Part shown: positions 60,491-64,000 of the stretch, one piece after another | Layout of the letters: every line of letters begins with the position of its first letter | How positions within the stretch are numbered: position 1 is the stretch's first letter | Assembly (NCBI RefSeq): GCF_963921235.1 | Contig: NC_086115.1 | Span: 66,528,001 to 66,592,000, forward strand | From: Mobula hypostoma | Taxonomy: Eukaryota | DNA length: 64,000 nt | Reading direction: 5' to 3' | The notes under the pieces: generated by a model | Told to the model about the DNA's origin: nothing | The model's input: only the letters and a program-made list of their open reading frames with translations | Database searches by the model: none | Program-made: the position numbers and the translations under genes

Positions 60491-63070
60491 TGGGGGGATG
60501 ACCTCGGAGAGGAACGCCACAGTGGTTGCGTCTCTAGCACTGAGTATGGCTCTATGGCTCAGAAAGAAAAGGGAAAGAAGAGAGGAGCTGTAATGATAGG
60601 TGATTCATTGTTTAGGGGAAAAGAAAGCAGGTCTTGCGGATGAGAGCGAGATTTCCAGATGGTATATTGCCTCCTGGGTGCCAAGATTAGGGATATCTCA
60701 CATGAAATCCACAGCATTCTTAAGCAGGACGGTGAGCAACCAGAGGTCGTAGTCCATATAGTTCCAATAACATAGGTAGGAAGGGTGACAAGATCTTGCA
60801 AATTGTGTTCAGGGAGTTAGGTGCTAAAGTTAAAGGACAGGACCTCAGTGGTTGCTAACTGAGCCACGTGCTAGTGAAGCCAAAAATAGAAAGATCATAC
60901 AGTTTAACTTGTGACTAAGAAGTTGGTGTAGGAGAGAGATCTTCAGGTTTTTGGATCATTGGGCTCTCTACCAGGGAAGGTGGGACTTGTACTGAAGAGA
61001 TAGTTTACACATGAAGTGGAAGAGAACTAATATCCTAGTGGGAAGGTTTGCTCGTGCTGCACAGGGGGTAGTGGTTAACCTGGAGTTGCAAGGGGATGGG
61101 AACCAGAGTTCCCAAGCAGCTAGCTAAGAGGTTGTGGACACAGGTGTTGAGATGTTGTTAAGATCTCAGACAAAGTCAGGAACTAAATGGTTGTGCATGG
61201 TGCGACTAGTGTCGTAAGCTGCATATATTTCAATGCAAGTGCTCAGGCCCTGGATCAACACATAGAATTAAGATATTGTAGCCATTTGTGATACTTGGTT
61301 GCAGGAGGGGCCAGACTGGCAGTTCAATATTCTGGGGTTCTGTTGTTCTAGACATGACAGAGCAGGAGGAGGGGTGGTGTTAGTAGTCAAGGAAAATGTC
61401 ATGGCAGTGCTCAGTCAGGGTAGACTGGAGAACTCGTCTAATGAGGCTGTATGGTGGAACTGGGGAATAAGAAAAAGATGACTACAGAAACGGGATTATA
61501 TTATAAACCATACAAAGATCCGCAGTCTGTTGCAAGAAAGAAGGCCAGTGACAGATATTTGTTTTGGGGAACACTTTGCATCTGGTAATCATAATGCCAT
61601 TAGGTTCAAGACAATTATGGAAAAGGATAGTTCTGGTCTGTGGGTTGAGATTCTAAGTTAAAGAAAGACCAATTTTGATGGCATCACAAAGAATCTGGTA
61701 AGTGTAGATTCGGACAGGCTGTTTTCTGGCAAAGGTGGATTTGGTTGTCATAAACCCTGTGACCTGCTGTAGAAGGATGAGCTTCTAGGATTTTTGAGCA
61801 TCTGTATTCACTAATCATTATCTCATGCTTTCAGATTAATCTTGTCAAGTTAATTGTGAGTGACATGTGTTTCCTGCATTCTATAATTATTCAAAGAGGA
61901 CTCTCATTTAGGCCCTTAGCAGAGTCATTGTGTTGGAGAGAATGAATTGTCTCATAGTGTGGCTCAGTCTGAGAGTCTGCTGGTATTCTGATGTCTAATA
62001 TCTTGTTTCCATCTCCTCCTGGGGATCCTGCCATTCCTCTATACCTGGGTCAAGTCATGAGACTGCCATTTGCAGCTCTTGAGTTGAGGTGGCTCTAGTG
62101 ACCTCTGTAACAGAAAGCCTGCTGTTCCTCTGCACCTGGATCTTGTCCTCCAAACTCACACTGAAATGGAATCACTCTGCTCATTATGAGCCCTGTAGAG
62201 GTTCCAAGTGGGCTGAGTTTGTGTTCTAAGTGTATATTCTGAGCTTCTACAGTCTATGTTCAAGACTTTTTCTGAGGTTCTCTTGGTCAACAAGGTTCGT
62301 ATGGTCTCCTGTGTTATGCTCTGTTTTCTGAGTTTCATGCCAAGCACCTGGGTTCCATGTTATGCTCCCAAGCCCCAGCACTACCTCAAGTATCAGATCT
62401 GCCTTGTGTTTTTCAGACTTGCCCTCGAGAACTCTTCATCTGTTCTGGATTTTCCTGCCCTGCCCTGAGAGACCTGCCTTGTGTTTTTTCAGATATCCCT
62501 CGGGAGCATCAGAGCTGTTCTGTATTTTCCAGTGCCTAAAGCTCCAGGACTGCCTTGTGTTCTTTGAGAGCTCCCTGGCCTGTGTGGTGCCCACCTTAGA
62601 GGAGGAGGTACTGTCATGAACCCTGTGACCTGCCTTAGATCATTGAGTTTCTAGAGTTTTTGAGCACTTGTATTTGCTTATCGCTATCTCAACTAGAGCC
62701 GTTAAGCTTTTCTGCTTTCACTTTAATCTTGTCAACATAATTGTGGTGGCATATGTTTCCCCCAACTATGATTCTTCAAGGAGGACTCTCGTTTAGAGAA
62801 GTGACTATGTTGGAGAGAATGATTTGTCTTGCGGTGTTGGTCAGTTGTACTTCTGAGGCTCTGTTGGTATTCCTACGTCCAACTTCTTGTTTCTGTCTCC
62901 ACCTGGGTCTTGTCCTCCAAGAGTACACCATGACATTGGTAAGTGGGAGGCCTTCAAAAGTGATATTTTGAGAGTACTAAAATTGTGTATTTCTGTCAAA
63001 ATAAAAGGCAAGGATAACAAGTTTAGGGAACCTCGTTTACAAAAATGTTTAGACCCTGGTTAAGAAAAAG
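60490..63070 (+). mobile_element. Degenerate CR1 ORF1/EN hosting the two-LTR element
   Basis: AVMIGDSL codons at about 60587-60610; the host resumes ttggtaagtgggaggccttc at 62936. Confidence 0.82.
61746..62935 (+). mobile_element. Miniature non-autonomous LTR element (TRIM-like)
   Basis: TSD ttggt 61741-61745 / 62936-62940; LTRs 61746-about 62160 and 62612-62935 both start tgtcat(a/g)aaccctgtgacctgc; PPT agaggaggagg 62598-62608; ends tgaca. Confidence 0.85.
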
Positions 63071-64000
63071 TGGGAAGGTGAACAGCCAGAGGTTGTGGTA
63101 CATATTGGTACCAATGACATGGGTAGGAAAAGGGAGGAGGTCCTGAAAACAGGCTACAGGGAATTAGGAAGGCAGTTGAGAAGCAGGACCTCAAAGGTAG
63201 TAATCTTGGGATTACTGCCTGTGCCACGCGATAGTGAGTCTAGGAAAAGAGTGAGGTGGAGGATAAATGTGTGGCTGAGGGATTGGAGCAGGGGGGGCAG
63301 GAATTCATATATCTGGATCATTGGAACCCTTTTTGGGGCAGGCATGACCTGTACAAAAAGGACAGGTTGCACTTGAATCTGAGGGGGACCAATATCCTGG
63401 CAGGGAAGTTTACTAAGGCTATTGGGGAGAGTTTAAACCAGTGTTGTTGGAACGTGGGAACCAAACTGAAGAGAAGGAGGAAGTGGGGGGTTGACTCAAA
63501 TAGAGAAAGCTTGGAAACAGTGCGAGAGGGAGGATAGGCAAGTGATAGAGAAGGGATATGCTCAGTATGATGGTTTGAGGTGTTCTATTTTAATGCAAGA
63601 AGAATCTTGAACAAAGCCAATGAGCTCAGATTGTGGATCAGCACTTGGAGCTATGATGTTGTGGCCATTACAGAGACTTGGATAGCTCAAGAGCAGGAGT
63701 GGTTACTTAGGGTGCCAGGTTTTGATGTTTCATAAAGGACAGGGTGGGAGGCAAAAGCGGTGGGGGCATGGCACTGTTGATCATAGATAGTGTCACGGCT
63801 GCAGAAAAGGAGGAAGTCATGGAGAGATTGTCTATGGATTCTCTGTGGGAGGAGTTAGAAACAGGTCAATAATTCTACTGGGTGTCTTTTATAGATCACC
63901 CAATAGTAACAGGGACATCAAGGAGCAGATAGGGAGACAGATTCTGTAAAGGTGTAATAATAAGAGTTGTCATAGTGGGAGATTTTAATTTCCCAAATAT
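63070..64000 (+). mobile_element. CR1 ORF1 esterase, junction and EN
   Basis: VHIGTNDMGRK, KKDRLHLN, IGESLN, then EN codons; same subfamily as 1-795. Confidence 0.9.

Overview
Vertebrate nuclear DNA, most likely an elasmobranch (ray or shark). This is inferred from the repeat inventory, not proven. Roughly nine-tenths of the window (estimated by eye) is nested, mostly decayed transposable elements: many CR1 LINE copies of several subfamilies, one full-length but disrupted L1-clade LINE (30.2-41.8 kb), Rex1/Babar fragments, Penelope-like element (PLE) 3' ends, a Tc1 fragment, a hAT (Buster/Charlie-type) transposon, a hAT MITE, a solo LTR, a small two-LTR element and tRNA-derived SINEs. Nearly all ORFs in the track are TE remnants. 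Three signals stand out. (1) The PLE ends carry a minimal hammerhead ribozyme and form short inverted-repeat insertions with 13-15 bp TSDs, several of whose breakpoints fall in the ribozyme. (2) Divergent CR1 subfamilies keep an in-phase T-TTA-AAC slippery heptamer just before the ORF1 stop, with ORF2 open in the -1 frame, which suggests programmed -1 frameshifting. (3) Four small minus-strand candidate exons, one in each TE-poor island, splice in phase into one uninterrupted reading frame, so the window is probably the interior of a host gene. Boundaries without a stated TSD are approximate.
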